Shown here in pieces: positions 13,497 through 25,237 of a stretch of 64,000 bases of DNA. The notes under the pieces were generated by a model. That model worked only from the letters and a program-made list of their open reading frames with translations. It was not told the origin of the DNA and made no database searches. Made by a program: the position numbers and the translations under genes. Numbering within the stretch: position 1 is the first letter of the stretch; every line of letters begins with the position of its first letter. The stretch lies in the NCBI RefSeq assembly GCF_001447785.1, contig NW_015160914.1, positions 1 to 64,000 on the forward strand, in the 5' to 3' direction. The DNA comes from Gekko japonicus. Lineage: Eukaryota.

Positions 13497-13879
13497 AGAG
13501 GAGAGGTCTGACTGCTAACACTGGGAGCGGGGGCAGAGTTCTGTCCCCTTTCTTGCAGCTCCACATGCAAAAATACTCCACATGGAACAGCAAAATGGGG
13601 AAATACCTCCCACCCAGTGCTGTTTTTGTGTGGGAAAATGACTTGGGGAGGAATGCAGGAGCCCTTCCTCCCCCACACCCTGGCATTCTGAGACCATTTG
13701 GGCTTCTCTTTTTTAAAAAAGCCATTCCCCATAGTTCCTGTGTGGCTGTAGGGAGCCTGGCTTTGGTCCTGGAAACCTGGACCCACGTCTTTTTTAAAAA
13801 AAAACCATGTAGTTTGGCCCACAGTTGTCATGAGGACAAAGTGGAAGAGAAAAGAACCATGTCACTGCCCTGAGCTCCC

Positions 13880-14270
13880 TAGATAAAGGGTGAGATTAAG
13901 ATTAAAATGTAACAGAAATCTAAGTAGGTAAGATGGCAGCATGTTTAGAAGTGGAGCTAAGCAAAGCTGAGGAACCATCAGAAGGAGAGAAAGAACACAA
14001 CAGACAGGAAGCTGCAAGTGCAGAGAGACTAGAAAGCATCTAGACAGCCTTTGAGACAAGCCTGGAATATGGTCATAGATAAAGGGTGAGATTAAGATTA
14101 AAATATCACAGAAATCTAAGTAGGTAAGATGGTAGCATGTTTAGAAGTGGCGCTAAGCAAAGCTGAGGAACCATCAGAAGGAGAGAAAGAACACAACAGA
14201 CAGGAAGCTGCAAGTGCAGAGAGACTAGAAAGCATCTAGACAGCCTTTGAGACAAGCCTGGAATATGGTC
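13880..14270. repeat. Tandem duplication, 2 x ~196 bp
   Basis: Units start at 13880 and 14076 and differ by only a few substitutions. Confidence 0.95.
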
Positions 14271-14462
14271 TTTATCCAAGCAAAAGATGCAAGCTGAGCT
14301 GGAACCATGTATAACCAAGTCTTCACAGGGATGCCCCCACCAAGATGGGAAATTCATGGAGATTTGGGAGTGGAGCATGAAAACAATAGTGTCTGGGGAG
14401 GAACCTCAGCAGTATATAATGTTACAGAGTCCAACCTCCAAAGCAGCCATTTTCTCCAGAGG

Positions 14463-14898
14463 AATTGATCTTTGTAGTCTGGGGAAAACTTATAGTTCTA
14501 GGAGATCTCTGGGCCTCAGCTAGCAGCTGGCAACCCTAGGCGGGGTGAACTAACATGGTAGACCTATTTCCAGAACACCCAAGTGATTCACCACCAGGGT
14601 TAGCAAAACACAGATTCTAGTGCTGCTCGGTACATCACCCTTGCTAGGGCTTAGATGGAAAATTGATCTTTGTAGTCAGGAGAAAACTTATAGTTCTCGG
14701 AGATCTCTGGGCCTCAGCTGGCAGCTGGCAACCCTAAGCAGGGTGAACTAACATGGTAGACCTGTGCTGGAATATAAGATAATTACAACAGTTTTGCTCT
14801 TCTATTTCCAGAACACCCAAGTGATTCACCACCAGGGTTAACAAAACACAGATTCTAGTGCTGCTCGGTACATCACCCTTGCTAGGGCTTAGATGGAA
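14463..14898. repeat. Tandem duplication, 2 x ~200 bp; second copy has ~40 bp extra
   Basis: aattgatctttgtagtc...gggcttagatggaa occurs twice (from 14463 and 14661). Confidence 0.95.
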
Positions 14899-15739
14899 TT
14901 TCCTAAAGGTCCAGCCTCTGCTTGTAGATTAGAAGCTCCCCTGTGGGCATGCACAATGTTAGTCATTAACACTTTTTTAATGTCATGACTCAAGGCCAAA
15001 TCATTTTAATCTCCTTTGAAAATCCTACAGGTGTTTTGCCTGAACAGGATCCTCCAAATTCATGTCACCCTTGGCTTTAGGCAAAATTTGGTGGCAACTC
15101 TAGGAGGAAAAAAATGATCCATCCGGATGGGGGGAAATGGATGTGTTAAATTTTCAGGTGATGGATGGAACAGTAGAATGTTCCATTCATGTCATCCATT
15201 TGTGGTCCAGCAATAAGAAACTTGGACTTTGACAGAAGACCTGATGCCAACCCATACTCAGTCTTGAAGGTCACTCACCCAATGACCTGCTACATGGTTT
15301 GGGATCCCTTCTTTATAATCCTGTTTAATAGGATATAGAACCCTGCTGTGGGCCTAATTGCTTGCTATCTGTGTTGCCTGGCAAGCTATTGAAGTAATTT
15401 CACATCTCTCCTGAAAATAATTTTTTTAATGCCTTCGGTAATAAAAAGTGAATCAAAGCACCTGTGATATTAAGCCATTCAATCTTCTGGCACAGATATG
15501 GCTACATCAGCTGGAATTGCCAAAATGCATTAGGGTAAATGAAAAATAACTGAGATGTCCATGCATATGCCTGGACCTTTGGGTCTTAATTTCAGCCTAG
15601 AGAAATGGGGGTCAAGAATGCGCAAGTCACTGTCCTTCCCTTTTAGCTACATTACTGTGAGGATAAACTGGGTTAACTCATTATTTCCTCTCTGAGAATC
15701 TGGGAACATAAATAGTTTATCCTGTAGTTTGCTCATAAT

Positions 15740-16130
15740 ATGGTGGCAATTAAGTCCTGTGTGATTAAAAACAGTGGTGAGCAGATTAAAGAACAAATGC
15801 AGACTCATTCCCTGAGAGCTGTCATCATGGAATAAAAGGGAGTATTGGTAGAAAAAATGAATGGAGGGAAATTTTCTCCTTCTCTTGTAATTGTAAAACA
15901 CAGCATCATGCTATTAAATGGACTGGCAGTTAACTCAAAGAAGAGAAAGGATCTGTTCACATGATAAATGTATGGAATTCACTACTGCAAGATGTGGTGG
16001 AAACCCTTAGTTTACATAGCTTTAGAAAATTCCTGGAGGACAGTTTTATTAAAAGATATGAATGATGGTAGCTCAGTGGAATCACTGGGTTCAGAGGCTG
16101 TGGATCTCTGAATATCAGATTCTGGGGCAA
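15740..16130 (+). mobile_element. Very old CR1 3' fragment
   Basis: tatggaattcactactgcaagatgtggtgg (WNSL-QDVV) and a CR1-like 3' UTR. Confidence 0.6.
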
Positions 16131-16413
16131 AGAAGAGGAGAAAACTGTTGTCCTCATGTTCCAGTTCTGAGTATGATAGCTAACCATGTGTGCCATCTTG
16201 AACTCTTTGGAGGAAAGACAGGATAAAATTGTGATTGAAAATTAGATAGATTCAGAATGCAGATGAATGGGTGGATGATGCAGTGATAGAGTGATGGTAG
16301 TGGTGAAGACAGACAGACAGATACAGGATGCAAATAGGTAGGTGCGCAATGCAGATAGATGAATGATGGGTGGAGGGTGCAGACTGATTGATAAATGCAA
16401 TTCAGTTAGTAAG

Positions 16414-16602
16414 NNNNNNNNNNNNNNNNNNNNNNNNNNNNNNNNNNNNNNNNNNNNNNNNNNNNNNNNNNNNNNNNNNNNNNNNNNNNNNNNNNNNNNN
16501 NNNNNNNNNNNNNNNNNNNNNNNNNNNNNNNNNNNNNNNNNNNNNNNNNNNNNNNNNNNNNNNNNNNNNNNNNNNNNNNNNNNNNNNNNNNNNNNNNNNN
16601 NN
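16414..16602. other. Assembly gap (N run)
   Basis: Run of N; preceded by GATA/GATG low-complexity sequence. Confidence 1.
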
Positions 16603-17214
16603 TATTCTTTAAGACAATTTCAGAACTTTAAAGAAGAGACTTCTCTAGTGTTTTAAATACCACCAAATGAGTTTCTATCAACTTTAGATGAGTCAGTTCT
16701 CTTTTATAATTACTTTAGAGTTTGTTTTAAAAAATTCTATTTACAAATCTAAACCCAGTCAGAAGTTTCAAGTGTGCTATACTAGGCTGAGTAAATCTTT
16801 GTCTAAGCTTTTCGACATCACCAATTAATTACATTAACTAATGGAGCCAATTTCTTCATTCTCCTGAATACTAAAAAAGGATTTGTTATATAAATATGCT
16901 TCTTTTAAAAATACTGAGAAAACAAGCGTTCATGCAAAACAACTACTTTATCAATGGGGAAATAATTATCCCAGAAGCTCATATGTTTTGATAAATGCTA
17001 CAGAGGTACGAATTAAAATAAATTTGCATGGGGGAAGAGAAGGGAAATAAAGACAGATGACCAGTATTAGCTGGATCCGAAAAATTTGAATACAAAGTAG
17101 AGTAACAGCAGAAAGATGAGAGGGGAATACCTTTCTGTAAGGTAAAGTAGATAATAGAGATGGAAATGGTAGAAGATGGAAGATGCTGCAGGTGGACAAC
17201 TTTGTCTATCTAAT

Positions 17215-17400
17215 ACATTTGTATCTTGCCCTTCCTTCAAGAAGCTCAGAATGGCGCACATGGATCCTTTTTTGCCCATTTATCCATACAACAGTCCAAT
17301 AAGGTAGGTGAGGCTGAGAGAGTATGTTTGGCCCAAGCAAGCATCATACCAGTGAGGGGATTTGCACCTAGATCTCCCAGGTCCTAGCCGAACACCACAC
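17215..17400 (-). mobile_element. MIR-like SINE, one of a duplicated pair (other copy 20100-20290)
   Basis: SINE core; shares its breakpoints and flanks with the 20.1 kb copy. Confidence 0.7.
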
Positions 17401-17741
17401 TTGCAATGGAATTCTAAACAGAGTTACAGTCTTCTAAGTCCACACCACGTTTGCAATGGAATCCTAAACAGAGTTACAGTCTTCTAAGTCCACTGAAGTC
17501 AATGGGCTTAGAAGGGAATGGTCTGCTTAGGTTGGCATGGTCAATGACCACAACATCTAGTGCGTGCTTCAATGACGAGACGAAACAGCAGTAAAATAAA
17601 GCTTTCTTTACTAGTAATGGACTTCAAGCACACAAGAATAATAATAAAAACCACACAAACACAGAAGAACTAAGAAAAGCAAGTTAGATGTTCACAGCAC
17701 GGTTGCATTAGCAAGAAGTATCATTGGTGGGGTATATTTAC

Positions 17742-17890
17742 CTTCGGCGTGGCTCAGCTCCTAAAGCTTCCAGCGGGAGGAGGGGACGAAAGGGGAGAAA
17801 TAAGGTGGAAAACACGTTCAAAAGCTAGGAACAGCGTAAATATTACTCCCATTCTGCAGTCACTCCATTGGCCGCCCATCAGTTATCAGG
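17742..17890 (-). promoter_or_regulatory. Candidate promoter and non-coding first exon
   Basis: Minus strand reads TGATAA, then GGGCGG fused to CCAAT (17867-17877), then a pyrimidine-rich, CpG-retaining stretch, then AAG|GTAAAT donor at 17742/17741. Confidence 0.3.
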
Positions 17891-18161
17891 TTCAAGTCAA
17901 GACTTGACAGTTCTCCAGCCTTGGAAACACTAATAGGAGCCCTTCAAAAGTTAACAGGCACTGCTGGCTGTCAATAACAGAGTACCCATTCTGCTCTATG
18001 GGATCAAAATGGTATATAGCAGCTCAGCTCCGCAGCCTCTCCTCTGTTGGCTTTTGGAAGTTAGACAGACAGGCAGACAAATTATTAAAAGACAGCACAT
18101 TCATTTATTCCTGATTGTGAACATCTCTCCGCTAGTGGATTTTGGGTGTTAGGTGGACTCC

Positions 18162-18366
18162 CAGTGTTCCCTCTAAGCTGAGTAAGTGTAAGCTAGCTCA
18201 TAGTTTTTTAGCCTCCGGCTCACACATTTGTTTCTTAGCTCAGAAAGGATGGGTCCAAAGAAACTGATTTATGCAGTAGCCAAATCCCTTGCTCACAACT
18301 TTAATGCCAGTAGCTCACAAAGTAGAATTTTTGCTCACAAGACCCCACAGCTTAGAGGGAGCATTG
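18162..18366. mobile_element. hAT-type MITE (CAGTGTTCCCTCTAAG TIR)
   Basis: TIRs cagtgttccctctaag / cttagagggagcattg; same family in the opposite orientation at 49849. Confidence 0.85.
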
Positions 18367-18529
18367 CGACCTGTGAGCCACCCCATCTCTCTATTCACGC
18401 TGAGCAGAGAGGCTTAGCTAATGGGTGCCTCAGCTGAGGACCCACATTTTATACTCTCCTGATTGTGAACTCTTCTTCCCTCCTGGGGTTTGGGGGTGTT
18501 AGGTGGACTCGGGGCTCTGAGCCACCCTG

Positions 18530-19000
18530 TCTCTCTGCTCACATTGAATGGTGTGCACCAGGCAGATGATGCCCTTGAGGTGCGCACACTTCACCTCTGC
18601 CAGCATGTTGGTGCTGGCGTCCGTGACCATGTAGCCATGGACGATGTTGCCGCCACTCACCGACTCAATCAGGCTACTCTGTACCAAATGGTGGTGATGT
18701 TTTGCACCATGTGGTCTGCATCCATCCCCTGCACATGAAGCAGAACCACCTTGTAGCCCAGTGGCAGGACTGTCCCCTCCTGGGGTCTGGGCCATGCCCC
18801 GACAGTCCTATTGGCTGCTCCAGAGGTCTGCCATGAAGTGCATGATTCTGCCTTGCAATCTGGAGAGCTGAGCCTAGACCATTGCCACTGCATGGCACTG
18901 CCATGAAAGGCTATGTTCTCCATGAGGGAGAAGGGCTGGCCACCCACAGTGATCATCTTGCCAACAAGGAGACTGCCTCCTGGGCACTCCACGTAGCCCT
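18530..19000 (-). mobile_element. Fossil hAT transposase fragment (ZBED1/Ac-like)
   Basis: Motifs in the expected order: GQPFSLMENIAF, MHFMADLWSS (first D), MDADHMVQNI, YMVTDASTNM (second D), IICLVHTIQ (CxxH); has frameshifts and stops. Confidence 0.75.
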
Positions 19001-19564
19001 TTTGACCTCTTGGAGGGTGGCCCGCCTTGATACCTGTGGCAAAATTATAACTGAGACTTGGCCATTCTTGTCTTTCTGTATTCTGATACATTAGGGTGAA
19101 TTAGCTTATGCCTCTCTCTTAGGTTATTGGTCCCACAAGCCTTTGCTCATTTGCTGGTGGCTAAAGCCTTGTCCTGTGGATGTACCTTTGCCTTAATTCA
19201 TATCTGACATTCCCCAGCCTCCAAGTGCCAGGCTCCAAAGTTTGAACATTTCTGACATCAAAGCTAATAAAATATATCTGGGCAAAAGTTCATACTAGCA
19301 AAAGTTCATCTTATGAACTTAGAATGGGCTGGTATTTGGCAAGTCTGGTACATCTTTAATTGACTCCTCCCTTGATTCCTATTGGCTGACAAGAGTATAA
19401 AAAGGAGGATGTTTAGGCTTTGTTCAAGGCTGTTTGGCCAACACCCCACCTAGGCTTGAGTGAGGTCTTGATCCACAGTCCAAGAATATTCCTCGTTCTT
19501 TCTGAAGCATACACTATATCAGGAACTGGGATTTTCTATATGCTGTTGGGGCTGGCTGTGATGG

Positions 19565-20045
19565 GTTCCAAGGTGCCTTAAGGGAGATTACTAACAAGTC
19601 CCTCTCTGAAGAACTGTTCCCTAAAGCACTCAAGGAAGCGGTGGTTCACCCTCTGCTAAAAAAAAAATCTCTGGATCCGGCCGAATTGGCAAATTATCGG
19701 CCGGTTTCCAATTTGCCCTATTTGGGCAAAATAATTGAGAGGGTGGTGGAGATACAGCTGGAGGGCTTTATGGATGACACTTCCATGTTAGATCCCTCCC
19801 AGTCCGTTTTTTGCCCAGACCATGGGATAGAGACAGCACGGGTCACCCTCTGAGTTGACCTCTGGAGACATCTGGATCGAGGCAGATTGGTGGTGCTGTT
19901 GTTGTTGGACCTGTCGGCAGCGTTCGATACAGTCAAGCATCAGCTACTGATCCACTGCCTCACTGATGCTGAGGTCTAGGGGTCTGCCTTGCAGTGGCTT
20001 ACCTCCTTTCTCCAGGGTCGGGGACAAAGGGTGGCTGTAGGGGAA
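19565..20045 (+). mobile_element. L2 LINE RT fragment
   Basis: PLLKKKSLDPAELANYRPVSNLPYLGKIIERVV, LLDLSAAFDTV, LQWLTSFL. Confidence 0.9.
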
Positions 20046-20099
20046 TAGCATCTTCCATCTTCTCTTATCTATTTCCATCCCTACTTCTGTCTATCTAGT

Positions 20100-20290
20100 A
20101 CATTTTTATCTTGCCCTTCCTTCAAGAAGATCAGAATGGCACACATGGATCCTTTTTTCCCATTTATCCATACAACAATCCTATGAGGTACGTGAGGCTG
20201 AGAGAGTATATTTGACCCAAGGTCACCCAGCAAGCATCATAGCAGTGTAGGGATTTGAATCCAGATCTCCCAGGTCCAAGCCCAACACCA
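20100..20290 (-). mobile_element. MIR-like SINE, one of a duplicated pair (other copy 17215-17400)
   Basis: Shares flanks and truncation with the 17.2 kb copy. Confidence 0.7.
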
Positions 20291-21051
20291 CATTTGCAAT
20301 TTAATCCTAAAAACCATTTTTAAAAAGCCTCTTGCTAATTACTCCTACTTCTTTCTTTTGCAGAGAAGGAGAGACAAAAGGATTATTACTTGGCATGAAA
20401 CAAAATATTCCCCATTTCATTTCTAATACTATTGTATGCTTTCTCCCCATCCCTTTTGTTTATCTGCTTTTTGCTGTTTGTCTTATTGTATATTTCAATT
20501 GTATGGTTTTAATGTACAATTAATAAGTATGTGCATCATTTATGTGAATAATGTACAGTGCTGATTTTTTGATATACAAATAATGTTGAAAGATTTGTAC
20601 TTTTTTTTTTTTACAAAACATCTCATTTATTTTCCATATAACATACAAACAAGTAACAAGTCGAATTCAGTGCAGAGTAAGAGAAAGCAAAACAAAAACA
20701 AACACAGCTTCAGTTCTCAGAAGATTCCATATCGAAACAGAAGGGGGGATTAAAAGCCATCCCTGTTTGCTTCTAATTTTGTGCATCATCAAAGGGATGC
20801 CTCAGTCTCAACTGATCCTTTCTTGCCTTTGTGTGTCCCATCAAACCTGTGGGTGTGTGCATGAGCATAAACACAGTAGTAACTAATTCAGCAAAAAAAT
20901 TAGGAGCAGAGTTGGTTTGCTGAAGTCTCATGGAAACCAAGCTTTCTATGGCAAGTAAGATTTTTACTTAGTGGAACATTCAGTCATGAGATCCAAAGGC
21001 TGCTCCAGAGGGACTGGCAGTTTCTAGGCTGACATCTAGGGATGTGGAATG

Positions 21052-21655
21052 GTATAATATAACCTGATTTTGTCAGATCTAAGCAGCTAAGCAGGATTGG
21101 TCATGTTTAGTACTTGGATGGGAAGAAAGACTTTGCATAGGAAGGCAATGGCAAACCACCTCTGGGGATGGGCATGAACCAGAAAAATGCAGTTCATGTT
21201 AATTCATGGCCAAACCTCAAACCAAACTATGAACCAAATCAAACAAGGAGGTTTATCCACAAACCAAACAGGTTCATGGTATCACAAACCCTGTAAAAGG
21301 GACTGTAGTCCCTTTCAACTGGGTTTGCAGAAAGCCCAAAAAACATTGAGTGGCTCAGTGCTTTTGCAGGGAACAGAAAGCAGGGGTTTAAAGGGACTCG
21401 GAGTCCCCTTAACCCCCTGCTTTCTGCTTTGTCCACAAACTGCCATGAACCACCACAAACTGCTTTAAAAGTCTATGGAAGTTCATGACAGTAGATCCAC
21501 CATGAGCTTCAGTTCACGAACCACAAACAGGGCCAAATCCATGATGAATTTTGAGTTGTGGTTTGGGTCATGTCCATCCCTAACCACCTCTGCTTAATCA
21601 CTAGCCTTGAGAACTATGGGGTCACTATAAATTGGCTGAGACTTGATGGCACTTT
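21052..21655 (+). mobile_element. 5S rRNA-derived SINE (5S-Sauria-like), interrupted by a hAT MITE
   Basis: 5S-like cagatct..gctaagcagg..tagtacttggatggga head, then a BovB-like gcaatggcaaaccacctctg...gacttgatggcac tail. Confidence 0.75.
21163..21582. mobile_element. hAT-type MITE (TAGGGATG TIR)
   Basis: tggggatggg...ccatcccta ends; 8-bp TSD accacctc (21155-62, 21583-90). Confidence 0.85.
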
Positions 21656-21880
21656 ACACACACACACACACACACACACACAGAGGCTGACATTTCATCC
21701 TCCAGAACAGATTAAAGCCTCAAGGCCTTGCAGGATAAGTGGTCCAGCTACCAGTCAAACAGCTAAAGGGAATAAGGGAAGATAGGATGCAAAGGAGGGG
21801 AAAGATTTCAGTGGGAAGTAGGGGTTTCCTGTTCCTGCTTCCCCATGTTCCCAAGTTTCATCCATCAGTTTCAGATCTCT

Positions 21881-23719
21881 CTCTTTTTTTAGAATTTTGT
21901 ATTGCTTTTCACTATAAACTACAAATCTACACAGTACAAATTCAGAGTAGCAAGGAACAGTAATGATCTATCTTACACTTTGGATGTTTCCCTATGTAAT
22001 CAAGTTTACAATAAACCACTTAATTACTAAGTAATAAGTATTCAAGTAGGAAGAACAAAAATTTTCATAATTTTAGAATCGCATTTGAGCAATATTATAC
22101 ATTCTTTAAGTTCTGACATAGAGATATCTTAAATCTTCATTTAGATGTCTTCTTGTCTTTATGCTTCTTCTTCTTCTTCTGCCAGGGGATTTTAACCTTA
22201 TAACATCTGGGTGCAGCAGCTCCAAAATCAAAATCAAAGTCAGAGTCAAAGATTTCATCCAGGGACACAGGAGTAGATGAGGTCAGTGGCTGATGCCTGA
22301 TGATCGCTGTTTTCTTCTGTCGCCTTCTTTTCCTCTGCTTCTTTTCTTCTTCTTTTTTGTCCGAGTTTGATGCTGCTTCAGGAATGCTTCTGCTTTAGAG
22401 AGAGAGTCAATCTTTTCCTTCTTCTCCTTGTAGTTGAATATAAGTCCTTCTGGTAAAATCCATCGGTATTGGACATTGTTCTTTTGAAGGAAAGTTGTAA
22501 TATTTCTGTATTGCTTCCTCTTCTTACGTATTTCAAATGGAACATCTTTCAGTATTTTTATCTCTTCTTGTTGGACTTTTAATGTTGTGGCAGTAGAAGC
22601 TTTAACTATCAAGTCTCTTTTTGATCTTTTGCAAATTTAACAAATATTTCCCCTGGAAGATTATTTTTTCCCACATACTCTAAGTTCTATAAATCATGTC
22701 TATGTCCACTTGCAATATTTCAGGTTTGCTGTTGATCAAGGGGGCCAATGCTTCGCTTAGGATTTCTCTTAAATTTTCATCTTTTTTTTCCCGGGACCCC
22801 TTGAAATCTTAAAACATATAGGGATCTTTCCACTTGCAATTGTTGTAATTGTTGTTTTTCAGAAGTTCTTTCTTTATCAACAATGTCCATTCTTTGATCC
22901 ATGTCTTTGGTCTTAGTTTCAACCTTTTTTAGCTTTTTGACCATCTTCTGATTTGCCTTTGGTCTCCTTCAGCTCCTTCTGCAAATCATCAAATTTCTTA
23001 TTGAGATTCATCAGCTGATCCAGCAGGGGACGCAAGGCTTCAGAAATCGTACCAGCTAAATCAGTGGTAGTTTCCGGTCTTGTGACCAGTGATGCTTTGC
23101 TGGTGCTTCCTGTGGTGCCTCTGCCTCTGGATGCCATTTTCCCCCATGCTGCGACATTGTTTACATTAAGGTAAAAGTTCCTAAAAGTTCTAAGGTTTTT
23201 CTCCGAACTGAATAACGAGCCCTGCTGCGATCCGCTTGGGTTGGGTGGGTTTCTAACAGCTTATTGTTGGCTTACTTCCCATTTCACTGCTTCTTGCACT
23301 ATTGGGTAGGGTTCCCCCCCTTTCTCTATGGGGCTTTGCCATCCCACTGTCAGTTCCTCCACCCTCTTTACTTTTGTCTTTCTTTTGAAACTTGTTGACT
23401 CACTATTTTTTTTCTGCTGTATGTCATTCCTTAGGGAGAGTCCTTTTGCTTAACTCCTTGCGCGGTCTGTTCCAGTAATGTCTCTGGTCACCGTTGCTGG
23501 CCTTGGGGCAGGGGGACCTTAAGGAACAAAAAAGAGCCTCAATCCTTCAGCCGCGGCTTCAGGAGCAGCTCCTCCAGTGCTCCAGGCTAGAAGCTCCCTA
23601 CAAGAGCTTCAGGGGGGATCGAAGGCTTCAACCCCCCTCCCTGCCACCTTGATCCAAATCGCACCCATCGGAGCTCGATGGAGTGCATTTGTTCGTGAAT
23701 TGCCGAAAACCAGAAGTCC
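21881..23719 (-). mobile_element. ORF1-only L1 derivative (HAL1/half-L1-like), apparently complete
   Basis: 20-bp TSD tccatcagtttcagatctct (21861-80, 23720-39); 5' end GGACTTCTGG; 5' UTR; L1 ORF1 (ATG at 23137); short 3' UTR and A tail; no ORF2. Confidence 0.85.
22140..23137 (-). pseudogene. L1 ORF1p with frameshifts
   Basis: Coiled coil (LNKKFDDLQKELKE), LRFQGVP, EIFVKF, IKILKDVPFEIRKKRKQY, YRWILPEGLIFNY. Confidence 0.85.
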
Positions 23720-25001
23720 TCCATCAGTTTCAGATCTCTAGGACAAATTTTTCCTTTGCCTTTCAAATACAGTACCAAATCTCTAACACATATCAGATGA
23801 TGAAATGCTGCCCAATAATGTCCAGGACCTGGTTTGTGGGACCTAGAATCTTGCTGATCCCCATCTGCTGAAGCCTCAAAGATCAAGGAACTGGGTGGAG
23901 TTACTGCCTCACCTGCATGCAGTCTTGCAGTAGTTCTGTTCTGGACAGGGCCCTGCCAAACTGATGGCTCTAATCCATGGGTGTCCCATTTGAATGGTGC
24001 CCAGAAGTCTACATTTCCTCTCCCCAATCTGCCTGTATTGGCTGCCACTCCTAGAGGGTGACTGTGCTGTTTTATGAAATGCTAAATTCTGTACCATGTA
24101 TTTTCTTTGATAGCATCATTTGGCTCTCTGGGAACTGTTTCAGCTTTGCAATTTACATCTTGCATGGCTCTCATAAGGCTCCTTTAAGCACCTGAAGATC
24201 TGAAATGGAGGGACTAGATCTTATCAAACAGCAAGTGGGGATGAACTACGCTAGCCTTCCCCTAAATTGTTTGTACTGGACGAAAGGGACTTAGCATAGA
24301 AAAGCTGCACAGAGCTGTTTAAAAGCTGCCTTGAGCTTGAACTCCTGCTTTCTCAGTCAAAGCATTTTTAGGTTCCAGTCCCCAAAGGGAGCATCTTTGA
24401 AAACATAAAATAAACTCGCCGGAGAGGCCAATGCCCCTGCATCTGTGTTTCAAGAGTAGTAAAAATAACTGCTTTGCCTGGGATGCCTAGAATCTCTGCA
24501 GTCATCTAAGAAGAGCTTTTGCAGATGACAATAAAGGACAAAGGGGCCTTTTTCATGTTCTGTAGAAGAAGGGAGAGAGGCAGCAGGAGTGAAGCACACT
24601 TTCTCTCCCAAGAGTTCCAGGTCTTATGTGAAAACGGAGGAGATGCTTATTCTCCTGCCAGAGCAGAAAACAACCCCCCCCACACACACACACACACATA
24701 CATGGGAGAATATGTACATGTCTACCTTTTGTGCAAGATAAAGGAACGGAGGGAATCGAAGGTTTGCAAGAAAAGACTGCAGAGCTCTCAGCCATCATGG
24801 GAGAACCTACCCTCTTTGCTCCTCTTCCCATTTTGCACAAGGCTAGCAGGCAAGACAAGCTTCAGGTGTTGGTATGGCTGGGCAAGTGCCAAACCCCACA
24901 GCCTGGCAGAGGACCCCTCATCAGCTGGGGATGGGGAAAGTGCCAACAGGCAGAGCAGAGGGGCTCCGTCTTTTTACAGTCACTTTTTAATATTTGCTAC
25001 T

Positions 25002-25237
25002 AGCCAGTGTGGTGTAGAGATTAGAGTGTTGGAGTAGGATCTGGGAGACCAGGGTTCAAATGCTCACTGGGCCATGGAGTCTTGCTGGGTGACCTTGGGC
25101 CAGTCACACACTCTCAGCCTAACCCACCTCATAGGGTTGTTGTGAGGATAAAATAAAGGAGAGAAGAATGATGGCAGCCACTTTCACTTCCCATTGGGGA
25201 GAAAGGTGGGGTATAAATGAAGTAAGTAAGTAAATAA
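25002..25237 (+). mobile_element. MIR-like tRNA-derived SINE
   Basis: gccagtgtggtgtagag..ggttcaaat head, CORE-like body, (TAAG/TAAA) tail. Confidence 0.85.

Larger units (their letters stand above)
11068..13820. mobile_element. PIF/Harbinger-type MITE with long inverted arms, expanded by nested insertions
   Basis: Ends gggccacactatatg / catgtagtttggccc; arms of ~200 bp are inverted homologues; 3-bp ACA on both flanks (11065-67, 13821-23). Confidence 0.55.

Noticed and set aside
19360-19420. CCAAT plus TATAAAA promoter
   Set aside because: Sits among transposon fragments and is probably an LTR remnant; boundaries could not be defined.
24519-25037. 172-aa ORF
   Set aside because: Non-ATG start, runs through a CA microsatellite into a SINE, and has no recognisable homology.
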